DNA of 63,719 nucleotides, filler included. It is 4 parts of 4 records of this genome, joined end to end, with 100 filler letters (N's around TTAATTAATTAA, not from the genome) between each part and the next. Parts side by side here need not be neighbours in the genome. Positions count along the whole stretch, not along the records: positions 26,898 to 54,221 come from SRR20825019_1765; positions 54,322 to 63,719 come from SRR20825019_1793; 2 more parts are not named here. One strand, 5' to 3'. Position numbers and translations under genes: made by a program. The notes beneath the pieces are model-generated. The model worked only from the letters and a program-made list of their open reading frames with translations. It was not told where the DNA came from and made no database searches. Below are positions 53,788 to 62,758 of the stretch, piece by piece (within the stretch, counting starts at the first letter, position 1; each line of letters opens with the position of its first letter).

Positions 53788-53877
53788 TTTCAATCTTTTA
53801 TTAAATTCTGTCTTATGTCGCTAAGGTAGTAACTCTTTTGGCTAAGGACAATGTTTTTAAAATTAACATATCAACAC

Positions 53878-53905
53878 ACGCAACCTTTTTAAAAATAAAG
53901 CATCT
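53878..53905 (+). promoter_or_regulatory. Putative ECF-sigma promoter ACGCAACC-N14-GCATCT
   Basis: Same boxes and spacing as 52700-52727. Confidence 0.6.
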
Positions 53906-53911
53906 TTTATA

Positions 53912-54127
53912 AAAGCAAATGAACAAAGTGCTATGAAGTTTTTTCAAAAAACAATTATTTTGAACTCTTCAGGAAGCTGCAAAGCTGCAATCCTTTTAGG
54001 TTGTAGCTTTAAAGCTGATGGAGGCTAATGCGTTACAACGATTTTTTTAGAACACAAAAAATTTTAGTAACGAATTAGCCATTCGAAAAATGCCCGATAA
54101 GGTAATCTCAACTTATCGGGCATTTTT
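53912..54127 (+). ncRNA. Candidate structured RNA of about 210 nt ending in an intrinsic terminator
   Basis: Three stem-loops (53934-53971, 53981-54010, 54022-54080) then AAAAATGCCCGATAAG/CTTATCGGGCATTTTT (54086-54127); only tiny ORFs. Confidence 0.5.
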
Positions 54128-54198
54128 AATTTTAGCAATAAAATATACTTTAACTACCTTTGTAGCTTAAATTTTCTTAACCTTAAATCACGTATAGC

Positions 54199-54221
54199 AT
54201 GCAACTGTACAACAAATTAAG
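54199..54221 (+). CDS. 5' fragment of a gene (MQLYNKL...), possibly the flavobacterial TrhO/UPF0176 rhodanese-like protein
   Basis: ATG after a TACCTTTG promoter box; only 7 codons before the contig end; identity from recall of the N-terminus only. Confidence 0.4.
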
Positions 54222-54321
54222 NNNNNNNNNNNNNNNNNNNNNNNNNNNNNNNNNNNNNNNNNNNNTTAATTAATTAANNNNNNNNNNNNNNNNNNNNNNN
54301 NNNNNNNNNNNNNNNNNNNNN
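54222..54321. other. Artificial contig spacer
   Basis: N run with TTAATTAATTAA. Confidence 0.98.
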
Positions 54322-54358
54322 TAAACCAAGTGCTCTGAACCAACTGAGCTATGCGCCC
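54322..54358 (-). tRNA. 5' half of a tRNA, probably tRNA-Val(TAC), truncated by the contig end
   Basis: Minus strand GGGCGCATAGCTCAGTTGGTTCAGAGCACTTGGTTTA gives acceptor strand, D arm and anticodon TA(C); TATATTTG promoter box upstream. Confidence 0.8.
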
Positions 54359-54423
54359 TGCTCTGTAAGCGGATGCAAATATAAGTTTATTTTACAATTG
54401 TCAAAATGTTTTTTCAAAAAAAA

Positions 54424-55638
54424 TTAAATTATTTCTGCCACGGTAAACGTACTACCACCAATAAATATTAAATCATTTTTTTTAGCCCCTAACTTTGAAG
54501 AACTTAAAGCTTTACTAACCGAGGTATAACTATTTCCTAAAAGTTGAAAATGTTTTGCGCTATTTTTTAACTCAGTTTCATTTAAGCCTCTTGGGACATT
54601 AGGTTTAGAAAAATAATATTTTGCATCTTTAGGAAATATTGGAAGTAACTTGTTTAAATCTTTGTCATTAACTACTCCCAATATAATATGCAATGTTGCA
54701 TATTCAAGCTTTTTTAGTTGTGATATTACTATTTTTAAGCCTTCTTCATTATGCGCTGTATCGCATAAAACTAAAGGGTTTTCGCTAAGTTTTTGCCACC
54801 TTCCAAGCAAACTTGTATTTGTAACAGTTTTTAATAGACCTTCTTTTAAATGGACTGGCTTTAAATTCCAAGATTCTTGAAGTATTTTAAAAGCCGCCTG
54901 AACAGTTTTCATATTAAAGACTTGATAATCTCCTAGTAAATCAGACTCTAAATTTTCAAATCTAAAATCTTCAGCAAATATTATCTCAGCATTATTTTTC
55001 TTAGCAACCTCATTAAATACCAATCTCAACTCATAATCAGCCTGTCCAATTACCACTGGAATATTAGATTTAATAATTCCAGACTTTTCTTTTGCAATAC
55101 TCTCTAAAGTAGTCCCTAAAAATTTAGTATGATCTAAGCTTATGTTTGTTATTATAGATAATTCTGGAGTTATAATGTTTGTACTATCTAATCTTCCACC
55201 TAACCCAACTTCTATAATGGCAATATCTACTTTTTGATTAGAAAAATAGTCGAATGCCATACCAACTGTCATTTCAAAAAAAGAAAGATTATTTTCTTCA
55301 AAAAAATTTCTGTTTACTTTTACAAAATCAACTACTTCACACTCACTTATAACTTCTCCATTTATTTTTATCCGCTCTCTAAAATCTTTTAAATGCGGAG
55401 ATGTATACAAACCAACTTTATAACCAGCTTCTTGAAAAACTGAAGCCAACATATGGCTCGTAGACCCTTTACCATTAGTTCCTGCTACATGTATAGATTT
55501 AAAATTACGATGAGGAAAATCTAAATACTCATCTAGTATCACAATATTATCAAGGTTCGCTTTATATGCTGACTCTCCTTGATTTTGATACATTGGTAAT
55601 TGCTTAAATAACCAATCAGTAGTTTCTTTATAATTCAA
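54424..55638 (-). CDS. folC: Folylpolyglutamate synthase / dihydrofolate synthase
   Basis: HVAGTNGKGS, YTSPHL, EVGLGGRLDSTN, DTAHN. Confidence 0.97.
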   Translation of the reverse strand: MNYKETTDWLFKQLPMYQNQGESAYKANLDNIVILDEYLDFPHRNFKSIHVAGTNGKGSTSHMLASVFQEAGYKVGLYTSPHLKDFRERIKINGEVISECEVVDFVKVNRNFFEENNLSFFEMTVGMAFDYFSNQKVDIAIIEVGLGGRLDSTNIITPELSIITNISLDHTKFLGTTLESIAKEKSGIIKSNIPVVIGQADYELRLVFNEVAKKNNAEIIFAEDFRFENLESDLLGDYQVFNMKTVQAAFKILQESWNLKPVHLKEGLLKTVTNTSLLGRWQKLSENPLVLCDTAHNEEGLKIVISQLKKLEYATLHIILGVVNDKDLNKLLPIFPKDAKYYFSKPNVPRGLNETELKNSAKHFQLLGNSYTSVSKALSSSKLGAKKNDLIFIGGSTFTVAEII

Positions 55639-55775
55639 CAGCTTAAATTTTAAGTAAAATTAAGAAGATTATTGAAAATTACAGTAAATACAAAATAAAT
55701 ACTGAAAACAACAACATTATTAATTACCTATTATTTTTAAGGGTTAATTATTATTATTTCAATAAATATTTATTT

Positions 55776-55800
55776 TTACCCCTGTATTTTATAGGGGTAA
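55776..55800. promoter_or_regulatory. Palindromic operator candidate upstream of amtB
   Basis: TTACCCCT-N9-AGGGGTAA; weaker copy at 55721-55750. Confidence 0.55.
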
Positions 55801-55837
55801 TTATTTCAAATGTATATTTTTATAAAAAATAATTATC

Positions 55838-57121
55838 ATGAGTAAAAAATTAAACTTTATAATATTGACTGCAATTGTCATTATTAGTCTAATCTGTAGT
55901 GCTGAATACACATTTATTGAATCTACTAATTACAGTATTAATACTGGAGATACCGCTTGGATGATTGTAGCTAGTGCATTTGTATTATTAATGACGCCAG
56001 GGTTGGCTTTTTTTTACGGAGGTTTAGTCAATAGAAAAAATGTTATCTCCACAATGTTACAAAGTTTTGTTGCTTTAGGAGTTATAAGTGTTCTTTGGGT
56101 GTTTATCGGCTTTAGCCTTGCATTTGGAGAGAGCTACCATGGTATTATTGGAAATCCTTTTACTTACTTTAATTTTAATAACGTTACGCTTTCACCCAAC
56201 CCTGACTTTTCATCAACAATACCATTTTTATTGTTCGCATTATTTCAGTTAAAATTTGCAATAATTGCTCCTGCATTAATAACTGGATGTTTTGCAGAGC
56301 GCATAAGATTTAGAAGCTACATTTTAATAATGATATTATTTTCTTTATTTATTTACTGTCCATTAGCACATATGACTTGGCATCCAGAAGGTTTGCTAAG
56401 GAATTGGGGAGTGTTAGATTTTGCTGGAGGAACAGTAGTCCACCTTTCTGCTGGATTAGCTGCACTTGCCGGTGCTATATATTTAGGAAAACGCAAAAAA
56501 ATGATTGAAGAGCCAGCAAACATCCCATTTGTAATATTAGGAACAGGATTACTTTGGTTTGGTTGGTTTGGCTTTAATGCCGGCTCTGCGCTAGGTGCTA
56601 ACATAGATGCTGTAATAGCATTTGCAAACACAAACTTGGCTTCTGCAACAAGTATGATTACTTGGATTTTTTTAGACCGCATGCTTAATAAAAAAATGTC
56701 TGCTATTGGTGCGTGTATTGGAGCAATTGTAGGTTTAGTTGCTATAACACCAGCGGCAGGTTTTGTTAATTTAGGTCAAAGTATTTTCATTGGTTTCTTT
56801 GCTGCGGTTATAAGTAATATTGCTATTCAAGTACAGAAACAATGTAATATTGATGACACACTAGATGTATTTCCTAGTCATGGAGTTGGAGGTATTGTCG
56901 GTATGATTTTAACAGGAGTTCTTGCAAAGGATGTGGGTTTAATTTATGGAGAGACAGAAACTTTTATGTTTCATCTAATTGCCTTAATACTCGTTTCTAT
57001 AGGTGTTTTCGGAGGTAGTTTGCTTATCTATAAAATTGTAGATTTAGTTTTACCAGTTAGAGTAAGGGAAGATCAAGAAGAACGCGGTCTAGACAATTCG
57101 CAACATGGTGAGAGAATATAA
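55838..57121 (+). CDS. amtB: Ammonium transporter
   Basis: LMTPGLAFFYGG, DFAGGTVVH, LWFGWFGFNAGS, GLVAITP, DDTLDVFPSHG. Confidence 0.96.
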   Translation: MSKKLNFIILTAIVIISLICSAEYTFIESTNYSINTGDTAWMIVASAFVLLMTPGLAFFYGGLVNRKNVISTMLQSFVALGVISVLWVFIGFSLAFGESYHGIIGNPFTYFNFNNVTLSPNPDFSSTIPFLLFALFQLKFAIIAPALITGCFAERIRFRSYILIMILFSLFIYCPLAHMTWHPEGLLRNWGVLDFAGGTVVHLSAGLAALAGAIYLGKRKKMIEEPANIPFVILGTGLLWFGWFGFNAGSALGANIDAVIAFANTNLASATSMITWIFLDRMLNKKMSAIGACIGAIVGLVAITPAAGFVNLGQSIFIGFFAAVISNIAIQVQKQCNIDDTLDVFPSHGVGGIVGMILTGVLAKDVGLIYGETETFMFHLIALILVSIGVFGGSLLIYKIVDLVLPVRVREDQEERGLDNSQHGERI

Positions 57122-57163
57122 AAAAGGTGTACTGTAAACTTAAAACTTACAGTAACACCTTTA
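57122..57163. terminator. Bidirectional terminator
   Basis: AAAGGTGTACTGTAA...TTACAGTAACACCTTT between convergent genes. Confidence 0.75.
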
Positions 57164-57167
57164 TTAA

Positions 57168-58193
57168 TTAAATTGAAAAATTAAGATATAATGCTATTTG
57201 AGATTTAGACTTAACATTTCCATTAAATAAATCTTGATATAACGGCTGTGTATATTTTGCGCCTAATAATATTTTGCCTGTTGCATACTCCATACCAACT
57301 GCTCCATTAAATATTGAGCCATCTGTATTTACTAAAGTCTCCCCGAATTGTTCTATTGAATCAAAAACATCTCCAGATAGACCCAGAAATGGCTTAATAG
57401 CCTTTTCATTCCTTAAAAGCGTATAATACATAGTTGTTGAATAGCTTAATTGGTTTCCAAATTTATATTCATTCTTATTTTCCGATTTAAAATAATAGGC
57501 GATGGTTGTAGTAACACCTAAATTATTATTTGAATATCCATACATTACAATAGGATATACATCCCAACTACCTGTTCCAACTTGAAAACCTGGATTTACT
57601 TTATCTGCTAATTCTTCTTCAAACTCACCTGTTGGCAGCTTTACTCCCAAACCAATATTTAAGGTATGATTTGATAACTCTCTAGTATCAGACCACGCAT
57701 AATTTTCCTCATTATCGTTAGTGTTTTCTTCTTTTTTATAAAATTTAAATTGGTAAAATCCTGTAATATTCACATCTCCTAAACCATTTAAGTGCTCGCT
57801 TCTATCATCAAAATTTCGTCTTAAATATTGATACGGTATCACAGCATTTAAAAATATATTTTTACTAATTGGCACCCTACCCCAAATTTGATACGTATTA
57901 AAATGCTCGTCACTAGTTGGCGAGTTTTCAAATATACCATTGCGAGATTCGTATTGCTGATAAATGTATCTCACACCAATAAAATTAGACATACTTAAAT
58001 CTCCAAATGCAGAACTACCACTACTAGTGGTACACCCACATAAATCGCAGTCTTCTTCTAGTAGTGTTAATCCAAATTTCGGAATAGTCGTTTTTCTGCC
58101 TTTACATAATTCTTTAGCACTGAGTTGAGTTACAATACTTAGAGTAAAAACTAAAAGTAGTATTGATATTTTAGAAATCTGAAAATCTTTCAT
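57168..58193 (-). CDS. Outer-membrane transporter-like beta-barrel with N-terminal CxxCxC motif
   Basis: CDLCGC; GLGD; GVKLPTG; FQVGTGSWD; YKFGNQ; follows the cytochrome c peroxidase gene. Confidence 0.75.
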   Translation of the reverse strand: MKDFQISKISILLLVFTLSIVTQLSAKELCKGRKTTIPKFGLTLLEEDCDLCGCTTSSGSSAFGDLSMSNFIGVRYIYQQYESRNGIFENSPTSDEHFNTYQIWGRVPISKNIFLNAVIPYQYLRRNFDDRSEHLNGLGDVNITGFYQFKFYKKEENTNDNEENYAWSDTRELSNHTLNIGLGVKLPTGEFEEELADKVNPGFQVGTGSWDVYPIVMYGYSNNNLGVTTTIAYYFKSENKNEYKFGNQLSYSTTMYYTLLRNEKAIKPFLGLSGDVFDSIEQFGETLVNTDGSIFNGAVGMEYATGKILLGAKYTQPLYQDLFNGNVKSKSQIALYLNFSI

Positions 58194-59211
58194 TTTGTAA
58201 AAATTCATTATCTGTAAGTGTTTTTAAAAAAGCTACTAAACTTTGCTTTTCGTAATCTGTAAGTGGTATTCCCAAACTGCCATTTTCAGAAACTAACAAA
58301 GGATCTACATTGCCGTTATCTGTAAGGCCATTATCATAAAAATTTACAACAGCTTCTAAAGTTTCAAAACGACCGTCGTGCATATAAGGAAAAGAATGCT
58401 CCACATTTCTTAAACTAGGAACTTTAAACTTATACAGATCATCTGGGTTTTGAAAAACGTTATACCTGCCTTTATCATCTACTTGTGGATTTACCGAAAG
58501 CCCATTATTTCTGTATGATTGGTCTGTAAATAAATCTGTAGCGTGACAAGAAGTGCATTTTTGTTGGAACGTTACCAGGCCATCATTTTCTAAAACTGAA
58601 AAGTTATCGTTACCTTCTTGTCGTATCATCCTATCATACTTAGAGTTGGTTGAAACCATCATCACCATGAATTGCGATAGTGCTTTAAGCAAATTTTCTC
58701 CATTGATCTCTCCTTCTTCAAAAGCCAAGGCAAAAGCAGACCTGTAATAAGCGTCTGCTTTTAGTTTTTCAACAACATTGCTTAAGCTTTCATTCATTTC
58801 AACCTCACTGGTAATAGGTATTATAGGTTGTAAATCTAAATGAGTAGCTGCACCATCCCAGGTAAATTCAGATTGAAATGCTAAGTTTTGAATAGGCTGA
58901 GAGTTTCTTATTCCAATACCGCCATCTACACCATGACTAACATTGTGGCCGTGATGAGTAAATGCAAATGCTTGTTCGTGACAAAATGCACACGGAATAG
59001 AATTGTTTGACGACAATTTTCCTTCATAAAACAAAGACTTCCCTAACTGAAAACCTTCTTCTGTTAAAGGATTATTTTCAATAGCATAAACTAATGGCGG
59101 AAAATTAGATGGTATTTCTAAATTTATTGGTGTAGGACTATATTCTATAGTATCATCTTTAGCACAAGATGAAAATAGCAGAACTATAATTAGCATACAT
59201 AAATACTTCAT
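58171..59211 (-). CDS. Di-heme cytochrome c peroxidase/MauG family lipoprotein (MbnH-like)
   Basis: Two CxxCH (CAFCH, CTSCH); FKVPSLRNV; PYMHDGRF; adjacent to the MbnP-like gene. Confidence 0.9.
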   Translation of the reverse strand: MKYLCMLIIVLLFSSCAKDDTIEYSPTPINLEIPSNFPPLVYAIENNPLTEEGFQLGKSLFYEGKLSSNNSIPCAFCHEQAFAFTHHGHNVSHGVDGGIGIRNSQPIQNLAFQSEFTWDGAATHLDLQPIIPITSEVEMNESLSNVVEKLKADAYYRSAFALAFEEGEINGENLLKALSQFMVMMVSTNSKYDRMIRQEGNDNFSVLENDGLVTFQQKCTSCHATDLFTDQSYRNNGLSVNPQVDDKGRYNVFQNPDDLYKFKVPSLRNVEHSFPYMHDGRFETLEAVVNFYDNGLTDNGNVDPLLVSENGSLGIPLTDYEKQSLVAFLKTLTDNEFLQNERFSDF

Positions 59212-59367
59212 AACATAAACTATTTTGTTCCATATAACTTGTTTCACATTCAAGTAAATTTATAATTTGGCAACGCTGTACTTAAATAAATACGCACAGC
59301 ATTACCATTACTAAAAAGTGAAGTAGCTTAAATCAAAAAATTATTTAGCTACACAAACAATACAGTA

Positions 59368-60165
59368 TTAATTATTATGAACGTGATGCACCTCAAACAT
59401 CGTCATGATGTTATTGGCAACTACAGCAGTTGTTTCTGGATCTACGTGAACTTGATTATAACCATCCATTAAATTAACAGAAGTAGAACCATCAAACACT
59501 TTAGAAATGTCAGACTTTATGTGAATTTCTGGTTGCGTCTCTGTTCTTACCAATACAGTATTAGGAAAATATAAAGACACTGCTCTATAGTTATCTAAAG
59601 ATGTACCAACGCTACCCATATGAACATTTAAATCATCATTTGTAACAGAACTTGAAGAAAATGAGCCATCCATTCTTATAAATTTAAATCCTGTTGCCCA
59701 AGACCAAAGCATACCAGCTTCATCTGCAGTTTCTAAAAATTCACCTTGCCCTTCTGCACCCATTGCATAACGATCTTGATCTACACCAACCCCAAATGAT
59801 ACATTTGTGTAATTTGCTGCAGGAATATCTTCTAACATAATCCAAATTTCACCAGCTGCATTTGCATTTGCTTCATCTACAATAAAAATATTTTCGTTAA
59901 ATGGGTATTCGTAAACATTACCTATTTCATGTTCTAAGCTTATGTTACTTACTATGTATTTTAGCGTTTCTAATTTAAAAGACTCATCATTAGATTTTTG
60001 GTATTCTGTACCAAAAATGAAATCTTGATCGCCATAACCGTTATCAAATTTTATAATTAAATTTCCTGTTTGTCCTGAAAGATTTTCTGAGGAATCATCG
60101 TCATCAGAACAAGATATAATAGAGATACTTAGCATTAGGAGTAATGCTATTTTTAAATTTTTCAT
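59368..60165 (-). CDS. MbnP-family copper-binding lipoprotein
   Basis: Lipobox IISC; LKYIVSNI; FGVGVD; MLWSWATGFKF (WxW); HMG; C-terminal HHVH. Confidence 0.85.
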   Translation of the reverse strand: MKNLKIALLLMLSISIISCSDDDDSSENLSGQTGNLIIKFDNGYGDQDFIFGTEYQKSNDESFKLETLKYIVSNISLEHEIGNVYEYPFNENIFIVDEANANAAGEIWIMLEDIPAANYTNVSFGVGVDQDRYAMGAEGQGEFLETADEAGMLWSWATGFKFIRMDGSFSSSSVTNDDLNVHMGSVGTSLDNYRAVSLYFPNTVLVRTETQPEIHIKSDISKVFDGSTSVNLMDGYNQVHVDPETTAVVANNIMTMFEVHHVHNN

Positions 60166-60241
60166 GTGTTTAGTTTTAAAATAAAGGCACTATTAATGGC
60201 AAGCGCCCAAAGCCTTGTAAATTACAGTTGTATTTTAAAAC

Positions 60242-60628
60242 TTATGAAATTGGAGGTCTAAACAGTCTCTTTTTGTTTTCGAAGATGTATCTGTTTAAAT
60301 AATAATGATTAAAAGTACTTTTAAATGAAAAATTAGAATCATTAAAAGTTACATTGTCATTGGATTGAAAGTAGACTGGAAAAAAAGACTCTGAAACTAA
60401 ATTGATGGCACCTTCATTAGACTCTGAATCTGTTGTTGATGCTAAATCAAGTTGTTTAGAGAGATGACATTTACCATTACATTGTAATACTGGCTTGTCT
60501 TTATTTACACAATAGGTTTCAATAATATAATCTATATTAAGCTGATAATATGAGTACTGACCCATATAATACATCGGCTTAATAGCAAAGCATAAAAAGA
60601 GGATAAAAACAAATGCTTTATTGCGCAC
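60242..60628 (-). CDS. Small conserved protein with CVNK...CNGKCHL motif
   Basis: YIIETYCVNKDKPVLQCNGKCHL and terminal FRPP; GTG start; I recall this family upstream of metal-uptake loci in Bacteroidota. Confidence 0.75.
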   Translation of the reverse strand: MRNKAFVFILFLCFAIKPMYYMGQYSYYQLNIDYIIETYCVNKDKPVLQCNGKCHLSKQLDLASTTDSESNEGAINLVSESFFPVYFQSNDNVTFNDSNFSFKSTFNHYYLNRYIFENKKRLFRPPIS

Positions 60629-60744
60629 CTAAATGTGATTTTTGCAAAGATAAAACGCGACTAATTACCAACCACTTTAAACACTTAAAATTGAAAGAAA
60701 AATATTAAAGAATTAAATTTGATCAACTAAAAAACAGTAGTTAT

Positions 60745-61611
60745 TTACTCACTTAGCTTAAACTCATAAATAATAGTTCCTACCTGAGTAGTAGGTGCTT
60801 TATTATCGCTATTAAAACGCGTTGCAAGCGCAGCACGTTTAGCAGGCTCTGTTAGGCAAGAAGCACTGTTTGTAGTTCCTTTTACACCTGGCGTTGCTTT
60901 TATAACATTACCGTTTCTATCTACTTCAATCTTAACTACAACAATACCAGACTCATTACAATCTTGAACAAATTTTTTCTTATTTAAGGCTTTTCGACCA
61001 CCTAACCTATAATTACCATCACCATCTAAACCCTTACCATTGCCATAATAAGATTTAGCATTAGGGTCTCCATTAGGATCGCCTTTATCTCCAGCTTGAT
61101 TGTCATTACCTTCTCCTCCATTTTGAGTACCATCTTTCTTAGGTCCATTTAAGATACTACTTAATGCATCTGTAGTAGACTTATCTGGCTTTGGATCTGG
61201 TTTCTTAACTGGTTCTACCTTTTCTACAGGTTTTTCAACTGGAGTTTGTTTTTTTGGTTTTTCTACCGGCTTCTCAACTTTCTTAACCTCTTTCTTATCT
61301 TCAGTTTTATCAATTACTGGAGCATCTGAGTTATCTTGAGTTACAACTTCTTCCTTAATTTCTGGAGTTTTTTGCTGAGGCTCTGGCGGTGTTGGTTGTG
61401 ACGTGTTTTTAGGGGCAGATTTTACAGGTCCTGTAGGTTGCACATCTCCTTGACCTACACTACTCGTTCCAAAATTAACCGCTATACCGTTTTCTGGTGG
61501 CGGATCTAGATAAGTAAACCCGAAAAATAATAACAGTAATATGAGCGCAACATGAATTATGACAGTAATTGCCAAAGATTTCTTTTCATGTTTTGTTTCT
61601 ATAAAGCTCAT
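60745..61611 (-). CDS. TonB-family energy transducer
   Basis: N-terminal TM, Pro/Lys/Glu-rich linker, GIVVVKIEVDRNGNVI...GTIIYEF. Confidence 0.88.
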   Translation of the reverse strand: MSFIETKHEKKSLAITVIIHVALILLLLFFGFTYLDPPPENGIAVNFGTSSVGQGDVQPTGPVKSAPKNTSQPTPPEPQQKTPEIKEEVVTQDNSDAPVIDKTEDKKEVKKVEKPVEKPKKQTPVEKPVEKVEPVKKPDPKPDKSTTDALSSILNGPKKDGTQNGGEGNDNQAGDKGDPNGDPNAKSYYGNGKGLDGDGNYRLGGRKALNKKKFVQDCNESGIVVVKIEVDRNGNVIKATPGVKGTTNSASCLTEPAKRAALATRFNSDNKAPTTQVGTIIYEFKLSE

Positions 61612-61622
61612 ACGTCTTTCAA

Positions 61623-62021
61623 CTAATTTTCATTTGGTCTAACAGCCAAAACAATTTTGTATTTGTTTCGGTTTGCAATATCCATAACATTAACTGCCTT
61701 TTCAATAGGCACACCTTCTTCTGCTCTTAATATAATTGTAGGATCCTCTACGCCACTTAATCTAGATTTTAAGGTTTGTTCTAAGTTACTTGTAGTAACA
61801 CGTTCCTTATCTACATAAATTTGAAGTTCCTTATTAATGCTTACAGATACATTCTGAACGTTTGTAGTTTTACCTTTAGCTTTAGGCAAGATTAAATCTA
61901 AAGCTTCTGGTGTTATCTGTGGACTGGTTAATAAAAAGAACACTAATAGCAAGAACACAATATCTGTCATAGACGACATACTGAATTCTGGACTTACTTT
62001 ATTTCTTCCGCGTAAATTCAT
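61623..62021 (-). CDS. exbD: Biopolymer transport protein ExbD/TolR
   Basis: SMTDIVFLLLVFF; ILRAE; VNVMD. Confidence 0.93.
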   Translation of the reverse strand: MNLRGRNKVSPEFSMSSMTDIVFLLLVFFLLTSPQITPEALDLILPKAKGKTTNVQNVSVSINKELQIYVDKERVTTSNLEQTLKSRLSGVEDPTIILRAEEGVPIEKAVNVMDIANRNKYKIVLAVRPNEN

Positions 62022-62022
62022 A

Positions 62023-62709
62023 TTAAGCAGGTTCGTTTAGCAGGTCAAGGAAATCAACAGCTGTTGCTTCCATCTGGTGTACAACTTTATCTGTTTTTAC
62101 CACTAAGTGGTTATATCCAATATATGCTATAATACCAACAATAAGACCAGCTACTGTAGTTGTCATAGCGGTATAAATTCCTTCTGCAAGGTTACCCATT
62201 TCTGCTTGACCACTGCTAGTTGCTAATTGGTGAAATGCTAAAACCATACCTATTACCGTACCTAAAAATCCAATCATAGGTGCAGCTCCTGCAATAGTTG
62301 CGAGAACACTTACATTTTTTTCTAATTTGTAAACCTCAAGCCTTCCAGCATTTTCTATAGCTGTATTAATATCTTCTAAAGGGCTTCCTATTCTCGAAAT
62401 TCCTTTAGCTGTTAATCTTGCTACTGGAGAGTTTTCTTGAGCACATCTAATTTTAGCAGCTTCAATATTACCACCGGCAACGTTATCACGTATTTGGTGC
62501 ATAAAATTTTTATCTGTTTTAGAGGCTGCTTTAATTGCAAATAAACGTTCAAAGTATATATAGACAGCAGCAAATAAGAGGACAAATAAAACGCCTATTA
62601 TAATACTTCCTGCCATACCTCCACTAAACAATAAGTCTAGTAGAGAAAGTGTTTTTTCTTCTGCAACAGGTTCTAAATCTTGTGCTGCATCTTGAAATGT
62701 ATATGACAT
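62023..62709 (-). CDS. exbB: MotA/TolQ/ExbB proton channel
   Basis: APMIGFLGTVIGM; GIYTAMTTTVAGL. Confidence 0.93.
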   Translation of the reverse strand: MSYTFQDAAQDLEPVAEEKTLSLLDLLFSGGMAGSIIIGVLFVLLFAAVYIYFERLFAIKAASKTDKNFMHQIRDNVAGGNIEAAKIRCAQENSPVARLTAKGISRIGSPLEDINTAIENAGRLEVYKLEKNVSVLATIAGAAPMIGFLGTVIGMVLAFHQLATSSGQAEMGNLAEGIYTAMTTTVAGLIVGIIAYIGYNHLVVKTDKVVHQMEATAVDFLDLLNEPA

Positions 62710-62758
62710 AGTTATGTATTCAGTTTGTTAGTAAACGTAGATTGGGTTTAAAAATTGT

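Noticed and set aside
54322-54358. tRNA half as a prophage or island attachment site
   Set aside because: It is the 5' half cut by the contig end; attachment duplications normally involve the 3' end, and no integrase is visible.
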